Source: a virus (taxonomy: Duplodnaviria; Caudoviricetes). Taken from it: a stretch of 64,000 nucleotides of DNA. Positions 33,750-44,227 of this stretch are shown here, piece by piece (within the stretch, counting starts at the first letter, position 1; every line of letters starts with the position of its first letter). The notes beneath the pieces were generated by a model, which worked only from the letters and a program-made list of their open reading frames with translations, made no database searches and had not been told where the DNA came from. The DNA lies in IMG/VR virus record IMGVR_UViG_3300014720_002243, positions 1-64,000 of that record; one strand, written 5' to 3'. The position numbers were made by a program, and so were the translations under genes.

Positions 33750-34646
33750 TCAGCTATTTTCTGAAACAGTTGGTTCAACAGGTTCCTTGACTGGTTCCTG
33801 TGCCACAACTGGTTTGGGTGTTTCTGTTTTTGTATTTCCATTATTATTTTCATCTACAATAACTGGGTTACCATCATCATCTAGGAATGGAGCGGTTTCT
33901 ACTATATAGGAACCTTCTTCATCTACTCTATTACCAAACTTATCAACAAAATTACCTTGTTCATCAATAAATCGACCATTCTCATCAACTAGCCTACCTT
34001 CTGCATCAATCAAACGGCCTTGTTTATCAATTAGTCTTAGTTTATCATCAACAAACTTAAATTTCTTTAAGAATTTGTTTTCTGGTAAACCAGACTCATA
34101 ATCGTTATCCAAACCATACAACATTGAAGCCAAATTTTGAGCACCCTTTATCGCAGCATCTTCTCCTATCCTATTAAGATAGTCTTCCATATCTTTAAAA
34201 TATGGCTGTTTGCTATCATTATACACCAAACAGCTTGATACGAGATAGTTAAACCTAGCATTATCAGCCTGTCCTTCAGCACTATGATTATCTAGAGATG
34301 TCTTAACAGAGATAAGCTCTCTAATTTCATCTCTATTCTTTTTCATATCCATCGCTAACTGTTTGGCCTCTTTAAGACTAAAGCCACCCTTGGCTAATCT
34401 TCTTTCTCCGTCCAAAATCTGTTGTTGCAGGGTATTGAACTTGACCTGTTTTTCATCATTCCATAAACCCTGATCCTGTAATAGATCATCTAATTTAGCT
34501 CTTACTACTGCTTTGCTTTTAACCGCATCTGTAAAAGCTTGATTATAAACCTTCTGAGCCTCTCTCTGGTCGTGGATAGAGGGCGAACGAACCATCAAAT
34601 CAACCTTCTGTTCATTAACCATAGCTGTAAAAGTTTTAGTCTTCAT
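33750..34646 (-). CDS. Putative tail assembly chaperone with tandem G-R-L/F-V/I-D-x-x repeats
   Basis: Immediately upstream of the tape measure gene; C-terminal 7-aa repeats. Confidence 0.55.
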   Translation of the reverse strand: MKTKTFTAMVNEQKVDLMVRSPSIHDQREAQKVYNQAFTDAVKSKAVVRAKLDDLLQDQGLWNDEKQVKFNTLQQQILDGERRLAKGGFSLKEAKQLAMDMKKNRDEIRELISVKTSLDNHSAEGQADNARFNYLVSSCLVYNDSKQPYFKDMEDYLNRIGEDAAIKGAQNLASMLYGLDNDYESGLPENKFLKKFKFVDDKLRLIDKQGRLIDAEGRLVDENGRFIDEQGNFVDKFGNRVDEEGSYIVETAPFLDDDGNPVIVDENNNGNTKTETPKPVVAQEPVKEPVEPTVSENS

Positions 34647-34966
34647 ACTTCATCGTCCTTTCTGTTTTTATCATTAAAATAGAATTTGTAGTTGTATCTC
34701 GTAAAAGGTTTATCTTGAGCTATTTTTCGAATATCATCTATAACAGCTCTAATTTGATTATTTCCATGATTTAATATACCAGTTCTAGTATACTCCCAAG
34801 TATCTTGAAACTTTTCTTGACTTGCCGTAAGAGGCTTATCGTAGTCTTCATCATAACCCCATAGGGTGCCGAACGAACTCTCGAATCTTGCCAAACAGCC
34901 TATCATAGTGGTTTCTAGTCTTTTTGATACTAAATTTATAATAAGATCTTGTTCTTCTTTTGTCAT
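34643..34966 (-). CDS. Hypothetical protein in the tail module
   Basis: 107-aa ORF with AAGGA RBS; overlaps the next start. Confidence 0.6.
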   Translation of the reverse strand: MTKEEQDLIINLVSKRLETTMIGCLARFESSFGTLWGYDEDYDKPLTASQEKFQDTWEYTRTGILNHGNNQIRAVIDDIRKIAQDKPFTRYNYKFYFNDKNRKDDEV

Positions 34967-34977
34967 ATATTAATCCT

Positions 34978-36021
34978 TTATTTAGGAGGTGGTCCTTGAT
35001 TTAATTTCATTTTAACTTCTCTCTGAACGTCTGGTAATTGGAATTCATCAATAGCTTTATCAGAAGATAAAACAACTTTTTGTCTTTCTTGCAAGGTTTG
35101 TCTAGAGTTTTGGGAATTTAGGTCAAAAATCTCTTGAGCTTCTTGATTATCAGTAGCCATTACAAATACTTCCGCAGCATTATTAGCTTTTCCACTTTTA
35201 CTAGATAATGTTTGACTCTTCTTTTCTTTTTCTCTCTTTCTCTTCTGTGAGATCATCCACCCATCCAGAGCATCATCATCCTCTATAATATCATCATTGG
35301 GACAATCTGGGTGTTCATATACAGAATCATACATCCTGCTTAAATTAATTAATACCCTTTGCTCATCGGTATAATCGCTAGAATCTGAACCAAATACATT
35401 AGTTTTTCCACTAGCATTCCAGTACGACTTCCATATCTCTGATTTAACTAATGATTTTAAAGAATCTATACCAGGAATATTTTTAGCTATTTCATTGGCG
35501 CAATCATTCAAAAAATCTGATTCATTCTTTTTGTTTTTATTAAATACTTTGTGAGTATTAGTACTGTTATATAAACAATTCATAATAATATATTCATTAC
35601 GAATTCTAGACGCATATGCTTCTATAGTATGCTGATCTATAGAATGTTTTATATTAGATAGATTACTTGTTTGTTTTCTTATGTTTTTAATTTTATTACG
35701 ATAATCTTGTTTTTTTTTGCTAAACATAAAGTTTTCAAATAATAATACTTTGAGATCGTCTAATTGTTTATCCAATTCCTTGAGAGTGTTCTCATGGTTA
35801 TTGCTCCAAAGTCCATTTTCCATAAGAACAAATTTGGTTTTATCTAAAGTTAACCATCCATCATATATATGATCTTGGATAGTCTCTTCATATAATAAAT
35901 CTGCTTTATAATTTATTTCTTTAGAAGCTTTTCTATAGATATATTTTTTGTTGTTAATTCTAACTAACATAGAACCAAAAACAATCCTGGATAGCAGAAT
36001 ATCGTTGCTAGTCCTCATCAT
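34978..36021 (-). CDS. Putative tail assembly chaperone-like protein
   Basis: 347 aa between tail tube and tape measure genes; acidic motif YEHPDCPNDDIIEDDDALDGW. Confidence 0.45.
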   Translation of the reverse strand: MMRTSNDILLSRIVFGSMLVRINNKKYIYRKASKEINYKADLLYEETIQDHIYDGWLTLDKTKFVLMENGLWSNNHENTLKELDKQLDDLKVLLFENFMFSKKKQDYRNKIKNIRKQTSNLSNIKHSIDQHTIEAYASRIRNEYIIMNCLYNSTNTHKVFNKNKKNESDFLNDCANEIAKNIPGIDSLKSLVKSEIWKSYWNASGKTNVFGSDSSDYTDEQRVLINLSRMYDSVYEHPDCPNDDIIEDDDALDGWMISQKRKREKEKKSQTLSSKSGKANNAAEVFVMATDNQEAQEIFDLNSQNSRQTLQERQKVVLSSDKAIDEFQLPDVQREVKMKLNQGPPPK

Positions 36022-36035
36022 TTAAAGAAAATCCT

Positions 36036-36179
36036 CTAATTCTTATTAGAAAGCTGCTCCTCCAATTCCTGTATTCTTGCGTCTTTATCCTTTAATTGCT
36101 GTTGAAAATTAGATATGATTCCTTGCATCTGAACCATGTCTGTATATAGCTTTCCTATAATTGTAAATAGCTCCTCCAT
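36036..36179 (-). CDS. Small coiled-coil protein (47 aa, absent from the ORF track)
   Basis: AGGAGG RBS; MEELFTIIGKLYTDMVQMQGIISNFQQQLKDKDARIQELEEQLSNKN*. Confidence 0.7.
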   Translation of the reverse strand: MEELFTIIGKLYTDMVQMQGIISNFQQQLKDKDARIQELEEQLSNKN

Positions 36180-36212
36180 CTGTCCTCCTGTTTATTCTTT
36201 TAACTAATTATA

Positions 36213-37223
36213 TCAACCCCAATTAACCTTAAAGTCATTGTAATTACGATAACTATATGTAATTGTAGCATTTCCACCACCAGTGTCACCACCACTGTAG
36301 TTTACTGATGTTAGCTTATTCTGTGTGCCAAGGTCGATTGTTACTACTTTTCTGCCGCTAATAACATTTTCTGAGTTACCATCAGCATCTACACCAGCTG
36401 GTAGAGCACAAACTACTAGTACGATAGTTTCGTTGCTAAGATTGCTTGTGGCACCTTGTTGGCAACCACTATCAACCATGTCTGCTGCAACACCGTCGCT
36501 ATTCTGGGCTAGAACCTGGAACTCTGATGTTACTTCTACGGGGAAAGTAGCATAACGATGATAAGGTGTTCTTTGACCTAGAACGAAAATACTTTCGCGG
36601 CCCAAACTAACACTAGCACTAGCACTATTTAGCACAGCACTATTGCTTTGATTAACACTAGCTGGTATTGTCGAAGCGTCTTTATTGAAAGCCCATCTTT
36701 GAGCTACAGGAGCAATACCAGTTGATGTTGTTACTGCTGATCCGGACCATTCTTTATGGTTACCTACTAGAGTTAGTTCTTCTGTAAAATTACCGTCATT
36801 AGTTAGATTATAACTGATACTAGAAACATACATACCTGTGCATTTTACTGTGGCCTGTGCTGTTCCTGTGGCAGCAATATTTGTATCAGCAAAAATGCTT
36901 AACTGTAGTGTGGCTCTAGCGTTCTGTAGTTCTGCTAAACTCTTGTTGGCAGCACTGGCTCCGCCACATGCTTGTAAATAAACTGGCATACGACCATCAA
37001 TAATCTTACTTAGAGTAACTTCTACTTCTGGTACTCCTTCGGTAATATAATAGCTGGCCAATTGCCCCAACTGATAAGTGGGATCAAGAGCAAAAGTTGT
37101 ATTAATACCTACACTTTGCAAACCGCCCGCCTCTGTAACCGAGGGATTAGCGCTTCCGTTAATATTACCACCTAGGGCGACGTTTTGTACAGCGTAGTAA
37201 ATTCTTTTATTCTGATTTGCCAT
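36213..37223 (-). CDS. Major tail tube protein
   Basis: Position after the neck genes; beta-rich S/T/G/V composition; likely start MANQNKRIYY at 37223. Confidence 0.7.
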   Translation of the reverse strand: MANQNKRIYYAVQNVALGGNINGSANPSVTEAGGLQSVGINTTFALDPTYQLGQLASYYITEGVPEVEVTLSKIIDGRMPVYLQACGGASAANKSLAELQNARATLQLSIFADTNIAATGTAQATVKCTGMYVSSISYNLTNDGNFTEELTLVGNHKEWSGSAVTTSTGIAPVAQRWAFNKDASTIPASVNQSNSAVLNSASASVSLGRESIFVLGQRTPYHRYATFPVEVTSEFQVLAQNSDGVAADMVDSGCQQGATSNLSNETIVLVVCALPAGVDADGNSENVISGRKVVTIDLGTQNKLTSVNYSGGDTGGGNATITYSYRNYNDFKVNWG

Positions 37224-37310
37224 TTTTAAACCCTTTGTTATTTGTTGGATCGTTGACAGGAAGGAATGAAATGCATCTTCAGCATAAGTATACACCAAAA
37301 AAATTAAAAG

Positions 37311-38270
37311 CTATAATACTGTTTTGATTGTAACTCTGGTAGCATTATAGTATAAATCGCTTTGTAGTGTTTCATTATCTATACTCTTAATATCTTCAAA
37401 ACTAGAGTATTTCCAAAAATAAGCCGAATTATTAAGTAGATTTAAATAATTGATTCTATTGGAATTTAGTGATCCATTACTATTTAGTTCATAAACTTTG
37501 TCTTTGACCACTTTTTTAAGATCATATAATAATAATGTTCTATCTTTTTGTAGTTTAATAATATCTACAATATTTTGTTTATCTATAGCATTTTCTGTAA
37601 AAACATGCAACATTATATCTTGAGAAGCCAAAAAAACGGTCGAACCCAATTGATAAGGTTTGTAACTATTTCCTGGTATAACTTGCACTATTACGCAAGG
37701 CATTTGAGCGTTGGGTTTGCTTTTTAAATTTTTAGTATCTTCTGATCTTAAAAATGTGTACCTCTGTAGATCTTTTAAGTTAGACAAATTATCTGTAGCT
37801 TTATAGGTTTGAATAGCTTTGTAGGAATAATCCATTTGCACAGATGTATTGGCCGGTAATCCGCTAGTAAAAATAACTCTACCAAAATTATAATCTAAAG
37901 TATAAGAATACTGCGAGTTACCTGTTGGTCCAGGGATAAAAGTGCTATTGACATAAACTCCACTAATTTGTATTGGTGATATTCCTTTGTACTGGATACC
38001 ACTTGTCGATACCCATTGCCTCTTAGGCGTTTCCCAGATCCTTCCTGAAGACTCTATTAAAAATTGGGGATCAGACTGAAGCTTTAAATTATGAAAACCA
38101 ATAGCGTTATTAATATTTTGTGTTGGCCTATTAATATTGATAAATCCACCTATATTTAGAAAACCCCAATCTAGAAAGCTCTTAAGGTTATCCTCTAGTT
38201 GAGTTTCTAAATAATAAGAATTAAAGTCTTCAACATTTTGAAAACCAGGATTATAATTACAATTAGTCAT
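37311..38270 (-). CDS. Neck/tail-terminator-like structural protein
   Basis: Synteny just upstream of the tail tube gene; YTLDYNFGRVIF motif. Confidence 0.5.
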   Translation of the reverse strand: MTNCNYNPGFQNVEDFNSYYLETQLEDNLKSFLDWGFLNIGGFININRPTQNINNAIGFHNLKLQSDPQFLIESSGRIWETPKRQWVSTSGIQYKGISPIQISGVYVNSTFIPGPTGNSQYSYTLDYNFGRVIFTSGLPANTSVQMDYSYKAIQTYKATDNLSNLKDLQRYTFLRSEDTKNLKSKPNAQMPCVIVQVIPGNSYKPYQLGSTVFLASQDIMLHVFTENAIDKQNIVDIIKLQKDRTLLLYDLKKVVKDKVYELNSNGSLNSNRINYLNLLNNSAYFWKYSSFEDIKSIDNETLQSDLYYNATRVTIKTVL

Positions 38271-38905
38271 TATATATTACTTTCTATGGTTTCTTGAAAA
38301 ATTTTACTTATTTGATCATCTAATTGATCTATGGCTCTTGTGATCCAGTTGTCTCTTTCTGTTCCTGCGAACTCTGGAGGAACTCTCCAAGAACTACTGG
38401 TGCTAGTTCTCATTATTGCTTCACCTGTTCTAGAGAAAGTACTACTTCCAACAACCACAACGTGGTCTTTTACTAAAATCTTACCACCTTCTAATAATAA
38501 CCAATTTAACCAAGGCAAAGAATATCCTCTTATTTTATCTTCTACTTGAGCTGCTGATGTTCCTAGAACATCTGAAAAATCACTTTTTATACAATTTATA
38601 CTAAATCCTCCATATAACCCCATGTTTGTAACCTTAAACTGTTTAATCTCTACATTTATATTAGTAGTCCATACGTTTAATAATTCTTCTATCTTTGATG
38701 CTGCATCTGGTATACCAAGTTCTGCCCTTAGCTGACCAGAAACTAAAGAGGAATACTCTGGACTATTTTTAATAGCATCAATAATTAAGTTTTGTATTTT
38801 ATCTTTAATCTGAGGTATAGACTTATTAAAAGTATCTCTTACATCTTCCAATAATGCGTTAAGCATCATTTGTCTAATCGTACTATCGTTTTCTATAATT
38901 CTCAT
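38270..38905 (-). CDS. Tail completion/neck protein
   Basis: Synteny; WLLLEG...WRVPPEFAGT...WITRA resembles neck proteins. Confidence 0.45.
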   Translation of the reverse strand: MRIIENDSTIRQMMLNALLEDVRDTFNKSIPQIKDKIQNLIIDAIKNSPEYSSLVSGQLRAELGIPDAASKIEELLNVWTTNINVEIKQFKVTNMGLYGGFSINCIKSDFSDVLGTSAAQVEDKIRGYSLPWLNWLLLEGGKILVKDHVVVVGSSTFSRTGEAIMRTSTSSSWRVPPEFAGTERDNWITRAIDQLDDQISKIFQETIESNI

Positions 38906-39411
38906 TTACGTTTCCACATCATAAAAATATAGTCACTATTGCCTAATCCAGCAAATCTAGTATGTTCAAATTTAGTATATCTTTCTATAGTATTATTATT
39001 AAAATATATTTCTTTAGCATTTAATAGTTTAGGTAATAGATTTGAACGACAAATTGTTTGTACCATATTGTCAGCAACATTAATTATGTTATTGTCTGTA
39101 TTGGTCCAGTATTTACTATCAAATATAACAGCCATATATATTGTTTCTGTGGATTTTACAGTAATAAATCCTATGCCTAGACATACTGGACACACAGAAT
39201 TTTCTGGAAAAGGATTTGGTCCTGTACTGTTGTATAAACTAGAAGATTTTTGAGCAACCGGATCGTACACGCAATTATTACATAGTTCATTCTTCACATC
39301 ATACATTAGTGTAACAGGTAGAGTGAGACCCTCTTGCGAGAGCATGGAGTCTATACCTGATGCGTATATGCTTTTGAGTTCCGCATACGGAATATTAAAA
39401 CCTTCACTCAT
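38902..39411 (-). CDS. Head closure-like protein with CxxC motifs
   Basis: Synteny; CNNC and CPVCLGIG Zn-finger motifs. Confidence 0.45.
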   Translation of the reverse strand: MSEGFNIPYAELKSIYASGIDSMLSQEGLTLPVTLMYDVKNELCNNCVYDPVAQKSSSLYNSTGPNPFPENSVCPVCLGIGFITVKSTETIYMAVIFDSKYWTNTDNNIINVADNMVQTICRSNLLPKLLNAKEIYFNNNTIERYTKFEHTRFAGLGNSDYIFMMWKRK

Positions 39412-39415
39412 TGCT

Positions 39416-39922
39416 TTATACTCCTAATCCTACGGAAATAACTCTCCATTTTTGTGCTGTCTGATCATATATCAAATTAATTGAATTGTTAGGATTAAGG
39501 GTAATATTTTGACTACTATTAGTTAGAATTCTTTGATCTGTACTTATAGATGTATCATTATGTTTTATAACTATATTATTTGATCCTATATTAGTTAATA
39601 TTCTAAGCTCTCCCTCTGTTCCGGCTCCTATACCTATAATATTATTTGTTGAGCTTGATGATAATTTTATCCATGTCGCATTTATAACTGGTATGCTGTT
39701 GTTCTCAATATCTAAAGATAAAGAAGACGAGGCGAATACTGTTCTTGGAAAGAATGGTGCCGCTCTACCTCTAGGTCCTCTTGGTCCCGGAGGCCCTGGC
39801 GGACCTTCTGGCCCAGTTTTTCCCTCTGGACCAACCAAAGCCTGAATAATAGTATTAGTATAATTATTATCAGATATATTTAATATCTCTGTTTCATTCA
39901 CAAATATAGTTTGTTCTGCCAT
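39416..39922 (-). CDS. Short collagen-repeat structural protein
   Basis: GPEGKTGPEGPPGPPGPRGPRG. Confidence 0.65.
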   Translation of the reverse strand: MAEQTIFVNETEILNISDNNYTNTIIQALVGPEGKTGPEGPPGPPGPRGPRGRAAPFFPRTVFASSSLSLDIENNSIPVINATWIKLSSSSTNNIIGIGAGTEGELRILTNIGSNNIVIKHNDTSISTDQRILTNSSQNITLNPNNSINLIYDQTAQKWRVISVGLGV

Positions 39923-39924
39923 AT

Positions 39925-41394
39925 TTATACTGCACTTTCTGGATTATATCTGTCTATTTCTATAGAAACTCCACTAATGCCATCTATAGCATTATTAACA
40001 CTAAATACAGTTACATCGTCGGTGGTATCATAAGACGGACTAGTAGAAATAGTTCTTATTGTAAAAGCTTCACCAAAACCAGTATTATATTTAATAACAA
40101 CAAAATCGTTTATACTAAATTCTGTTGTTTTATCTCCGGAAAGGGTGACGCCGGTACCGCTAATCTCTCCTGCTCGTGTTACTCCTCCACAATACAAGCT
40201 ATTTGATAACTCATTGGATTGTTCATTCTTGAAGTAAATAATAAGTTTTACTGCTCCTATAGATCCAGAATTCTTTCTTTCAGTATCTAATCCATATATT
40301 CTCCATTCTCCTTGAGCATTAGTATTCTCAAAAGTAGACAGAGTATAGCCATATACGTTTATATTTTTAGTAGAATCAGTTTCATCAAAAGCTCCTTCTG
40401 GAAAAATATCTTTCGTAATTGGTTTTGGTCTTGCTGCTCCTAAATTTTTATTTGTTAATAAGGAGCTAAAATAGTGATTAACATTACCAACAGTGGGTTC
40501 TGAATCTGTTGGGTCAGCTCTTAAAGGAGTATAATCTGAAAGTATAAAAGATAAATTTCTTAATTTATTGTCAAAATTAAACTTATTGTTACTTACTAGT
40601 AATACTCCGCTACCAGCATGAGTAAGCAATAGTCTAACGTCTTGTGCAAAGTTATGGGACATGTTCTCTATCATTATGTCTATTCTTTCTATTACTTTAG
40701 ATTCTGGAACATTGAATGATAGATACTTAGGATAAGAATTACCATAAGGATTTTCTAACACGTCTAAATCCTTAAGAATTAAAGATGTGTCACCATAAAA
40801 AGAAGGATCTGGATTAGTAAGAGAATAAATATTGGCATTACCTCCTATAAACTCACATGGCGAACCAATACAACTATCCAAAGCGGAAAAAGACACCTGT
40901 TCTTCTGTTACTATTGCTGCGTTACTTCCTGTTGACAAAGAAGCTCCACATCCTGGTATATTTACAGCTGGAATAAGTCTTCTCGTTAAATTTATATCTC
41001 CTTGTAATAATCTTTTGATTGTTTTCATACTTCCTTGAAAAAAATTGTCTGGTGTTAGTATTTCCAATTCATATTTAGCGTTAGACCATTCTATTGGAGG
41101 AGATGCTCCTGGTTGTAAAAATAGATTAGTCATTTCTGCTGATAGCTTTAAAGAAATAATCCCCTCTTCTGGACTAATAGAAAATGAGTAAAAAGGAGTA
41201 ACTGTTTGTGCAACAGTTGTAAAAGTTATAACAGATAGATTCTGTGTCTCATTGTCTGGCGCTGGCAATATTCTTAATGTAACACAGTGATTAGACAGGT
41301 TTATGGGGGAGGCTGTCTCTGCGGTTAGGTATGTAAACTGAATAGAAAAAGATGTACCTTGTTCAATTGAAAAATTATATGTTGTTGCTGCCAT
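39925..41394 (-). CDS. Virion protein with an N-terminal adaptor domain and a proprotein-convertase P-domain-like module
   Basis: N-terminal YNFSIEQGTSF...PINLS...YELEI...RLLQG; P-domain-like SHNFAQDVRLLL...GEWRIY..D...SGSI. Confidence 0.55.
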   Translation of the reverse strand: MAATTYNFSIEQGTSFSIQFTYLTAETASPINLSNHCVTLRILPAPDNETQNLSVITFTTVAQTVTPFYSFSISPEEGIISLKLSAEMTNLFLQPGASPPIEWSNAKYELEILTPDNFFQGSMKTIKRLLQGDINLTRRLIPAVNIPGCGASLSTGSNAAIVTEEQVSFSALDSCIGSPCEFIGGNANIYSLTNPDPSFYGDTSLILKDLDVLENPYGNSYPKYLSFNVPESKVIERIDIMIENMSHNFAQDVRLLLTHAGSGVLLVSNNKFNFDNKLRNLSFILSDYTPLRADPTDSEPTVGNVNHYFSSLLTNKNLGAARPKPITKDIFPEGAFDETDSTKNINVYGYTLSTFENTNAQGEWRIYGLDTERKNSGSIGAVKLIIYFKNEQSNELSNSLYCGGVTRAGEISGTGVTLSGDKTTEFSINDFVVIKYNTGFGEAFTIRTISTSPSYDTTDDVTVFSVNNAIDGISGVSIEIDRYNPESAV

Positions 41395-41403
41395 GTTATT
41401 TCC

Positions 41404-41919
41404 TTATGTATACATTCGTCTATAATATGCATTATTTGTACTAATCATTCTAGGATCAAAATTATTACCGACGAAAGGACTAAGAATAGCTCTAACTGAT
41501 GTTGCATCTTGTACATTCCAATGAGATGTTAATTCTTCATAGGTTGCACACGCTCCTTTTTCAATAACCATTTTCCATCCAGTTAAACTATTGGCTATAC
41601 TTAAGCTGGCTGGGCCAAGCACGGTCTTAATTCCTTCTAGTGCTGCTTTGGTTCTTAGTGTGCTTTGATCTATAATACAAGCTGTTTTAAGGCTAACTAA
41701 ACTAATAAATATATCATCTTGGCTAACAGTAGGATCCGGAGTAATATTTGGATTTACTACATTTATATTATAGCTATTCTCTAAAGAAACATCAAATTGA
41801 ACATATTTTGCTGCGACAGAGATAACTTGTAACAATCTCTCTTCACTATATGTTGGTGGATCGGACCAATCATTTATTAATGTTCGCACAATAATGGGTA
41901 TCTCGGTTTGCCAGCTCAT
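41404..41919 (-). CDS. Head-tail adaptor protein
   Basis: Directly after the capsid gene; VRTLIND...YSEERL helical adaptor motif. Confidence 0.6.
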   Translation of the reverse strand: MSWQTEIPIIVRTLINDWSDPPTYSEERLLQVISVAAKYVQFDVSLENSYNINVVNPNITPDPTVSQDDIFISLVSLKTACIIDQSTLRTKAALEGIKTVLGPASLSIANSLTGWKMVIEKGACATYEELTSHWNVQDATSVRAILSPFVGNNFDPRMISTNNAYYRRMYT

Positions 41920-41967
41920 ATTTTGACCCTCGTGCCTTTTTTGGTTATATCAATATTAAATACACCT

Positions 41968-41997
41968 AAAAAAAAAGGCCGGCGCAAGGCCAGCCTT
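41968..41997 (-). terminator. Rho-independent terminator after the major capsid gene
   Basis: AAGGCTGGC-CTTGC-GCCGGCCTT followed by a T run on the minus strand. Confidence 0.8.
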
Positions 41998-42026
41998 ATT
42001 TTCGCTAACGAATTAGCTAATTAAAA

Positions 42027-43040
42027 TTAGAGAGCACCAAGAAGAACTCTGCGGTTGTCTAGAACAGCAAAGCCTTGCTCTGCCCAGCCGTAGAAACCGG
42101 CTCTCTTCTGACGATGTAGCGACTCGTCTTCGAAGATCTGAACCTGTTCACGAACTGGCATTATGAAGCTGTCTCTCTTGCGGAGGTCTAGACCAACTAC
42201 AACCTCTGACTTACCAGATGGTAGAGTACCATTTAGTAGGTTGCTATAGAATAGTTGGTATTCTTGACCTTCACCAAGCTCATCAACATCATGTAGATTG
42301 ATGCCGAATACACGGTTGAGGGTACCGTCAGCGGCGGTATAGATCTCACGACGAGTTACTTCGTCAACTTGATCTAGACCCCAGCTACGAATATCCTCCA
42401 TAGCCTCGGGAGAAACATAAAGATCAGTCAACATACCACGGTTTGTTGAGGCAGAGTTACCGCCACCGTTTCTACGCATAACTGTCTTCATAAGGCTAAC
42501 CAAACGCTTGGTGAATAGACCATTTGCAGCATCGTTGTCAAATACAACGATATTGCGATCTACACCGGCGGCTAATAGAGTGTGCCAACCGTCGTCATTT
42601 AGCTTCTTAACGAACGAAGCCTCTAGAACCTCCATAGCACGACCAACAACATCCCAACGAGCATCGCGGGCATACTTTAAGAGATAGTCGATTGAAGAAC
42701 CAACGTCGTAGGTTGGGACCATGACGTAATCGCCTTCAACGTGTCTCTCTGGAATATATCCATGATTTGGAACAGTATAGGCTACGAAGTCTTTTTCTGT
42801 GCCAGGAGCAAGAAAATCTAGTGGGAACTCTGGAGTGGCGCCTTGTGCCAAAGTAATAGGCTCGAAGATGCCATCTAGAATATCTCCACTAAGAATACCT
42901 TGTCTTAGCGGTAGCTCTAGGGCTTTTGCAATTTGAGCATTAGCTTCTAGAGAGACTTCTCTTACGGGTGAACCAGAACGCACAAGAAGATCTGTAAGTT
43001 CTGTTGAGGGTTGAAACTTATTTACTTTGGCTGATGACAT
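42027..43040 (-). CDS. Major capsid protein (HK97-like fold)
   Basis: 337 aa after protease and decoration genes; LYVSPE motif; C-terminal GFYGWAEQGFAVLDNRRV; strong RBS and downstream terminator. Confidence 0.8.
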   Translation of the reverse strand: MSSAKVNKFQPSTELTDLLVRSGSPVREVSLEANAQIAKALELPLRQGILSGDILDGIFEPITLAQGATPEFPLDFLAPGTEKDFVAYTVPNHGYIPERHVEGDYVMVPTYDVGSSIDYLLKYARDARWDVVGRAMEVLEASFVKKLNDDGWHTLLAAGVDRNIVVFDNDAANGLFTKRLVSLMKTVMRRNGGGNSASTNRGMLTDLYVSPEAMEDIRSWGLDQVDEVTRREIYTAADGTLNRVFGINLHDVDELGEGQEYQLFYSNLLNGTLPSGKSEVVVGLDLRKRDSFIMPVREQVQIFEDESLHRQKRAGFYGWAEQGFAVLDNRRVLLGAL

Positions 43041-43054
43041 TTTTTTCTCCCTTA

Positions 43055-43513
43055 TCAGGTAATATTGATATCTACTTTGACATAACCATCGGAATCTTTA
43101 CTACTGAGGAATCTTCCAACCTTAGTACTGTTGGTACTAACTGTTGTTAGATGCCCAGCTACGTCGTAGTAAGCATCAACGCCAGCCGATGGTGTTTGAC
43201 CAGAGGCTACCATGTTGGTTACAACTTGACCCTGACGTAGAAGAGTGACTTTGCCGCCCTTTTGGACTTCATCACGATGCCAGTTGATGTGCTGTCTTGT
43301 TAGATCAAGATCAACAACATCGTTTAACAATAGACCGGCGGGTTTTGTACCAGCGTTGACGCCTGTTGGATACATAACAACAGCACCAGCATCATCCATA
43401 GATGCGCCGGCACCCGAAGTATTATGAACAACGATGCCTCCACGCTCGGCAACTGTATTCATGAAGAATGAAACATCTGTGTACTTTTCGATACGATCTG
43501 GTTTAAGAGCCAT
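43055..43513 (-). CDS. Capsid decoration/cement protein
   Basis: 152 aa between scaffold and capsid genes; PAGLLLNDVV...GGKVTLL...G motif. Confidence 0.6.
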   Translation of the reverse strand: MALKPDRIEKYTDVSFFMNTVAERGGIVVHNTSGAGASMDDAGAVVMYPTGVNAGTKPAGLLLNDVVDLDLTRQHINWHRDEVQKGGKVTLLRQGQVVTNMVASGQTPSAGVDAYYDVAGHLTTVSTNSTKVGRFLSSKDSDGYVKVDINIT

Positions 43514-43528
43514 TTCTGTTCTCCCTTA

Positions 43529-44227
43529 TTAGTTTTTTAGAGTTTTACCTAGTCTGGAATAAACGAATTCAACCAAAGCTGCGCGAGTGTTCTCAGCAGA
43601 CGAGTCTACCTCTCCGCCTACACCAAGATTTACTTCTTCTTCAACTTCGGCTGTCTCAAGAATAGCTGGATCAGCAGCTTCGGCTTCAGAAGCTTTCTTC
43701 TTATCTTTCATTTCTTCCTCTTTGTCTTCTTCGTCTTTTTTAAGCCAAGGAGGCATTTTACCAGCAAAAAGACTGGTCATAGCTGCAAAAGCTTCGTCAT
43801 CTAATGACTCAAATTTATCTACTGTGGCCGAGGCCGTATCATTATCAATGCCTGCTTCGATTAGAGAAGCCATTCTTTTCATCTTCTTCTCTTTCTTGGC
43901 CATTTCTTCTTCTTTGTTCTTGTAAGCTGCAATGGTCTCATTAGCAGCATCAAGCTCACTTTTTACCTTCTTCATCTCTTCTTCTTTGAGCATTTCTTCT
44001 TCTGACTTTTTCTTAGCTGCTTCTTCTTTTTCAGTAGCGGCTAATTCAAGAGCAGAAGTTAGTTCTGTAATTTTGTCCTCGTGAGCTTTTATTGTGCCTT
44101 CGAGTTCGACTGTTTTATCTTTTAGAGTAGTAGCAGCTGTAAAGGCTTCTGACAAACCTTGTAAAGCTTCTAGCTTATTTTTGATTTCTGCTACTTCTGT
44201 CATAATAGGTTCAAGATCTAAACTCAT
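43529..44227 (-). CDS. Putative nested in-frame scaffold protein (MSLDLEP...)
   Basis: In-frame ATG at 44227 with GGAG RBS and a GGTGTA late-type motif 40 nt upstream. Confidence 0.55.
   Translation of the reverse strand: MSLDLEPIMTEVAEIKNKLEALQGLSEAFTAATTLKDKTVELEGTIKAHEDKITELTSALELAATEKEEAAKKKSEEEMLKEEEMKKVKSELDAANETIAAYKNKEEEMAKKEKKMKRMASLIEAGIDNDTASATVDKFESLDDEAFAAMTSLFAGKMPPWLKKDEEDKEEEMKDKKKASEAEAADPAILETAEVEEEVNLGVGGEVDSSAENTRAALVEFVYSRLGKTLKN

Noticed and set aside
35708-35720. Programmed frameshift at an A-run in the tail chaperone region
   Set aside because: The run lies within an intact ORF and I saw no overlapping downstream frame that needs it.
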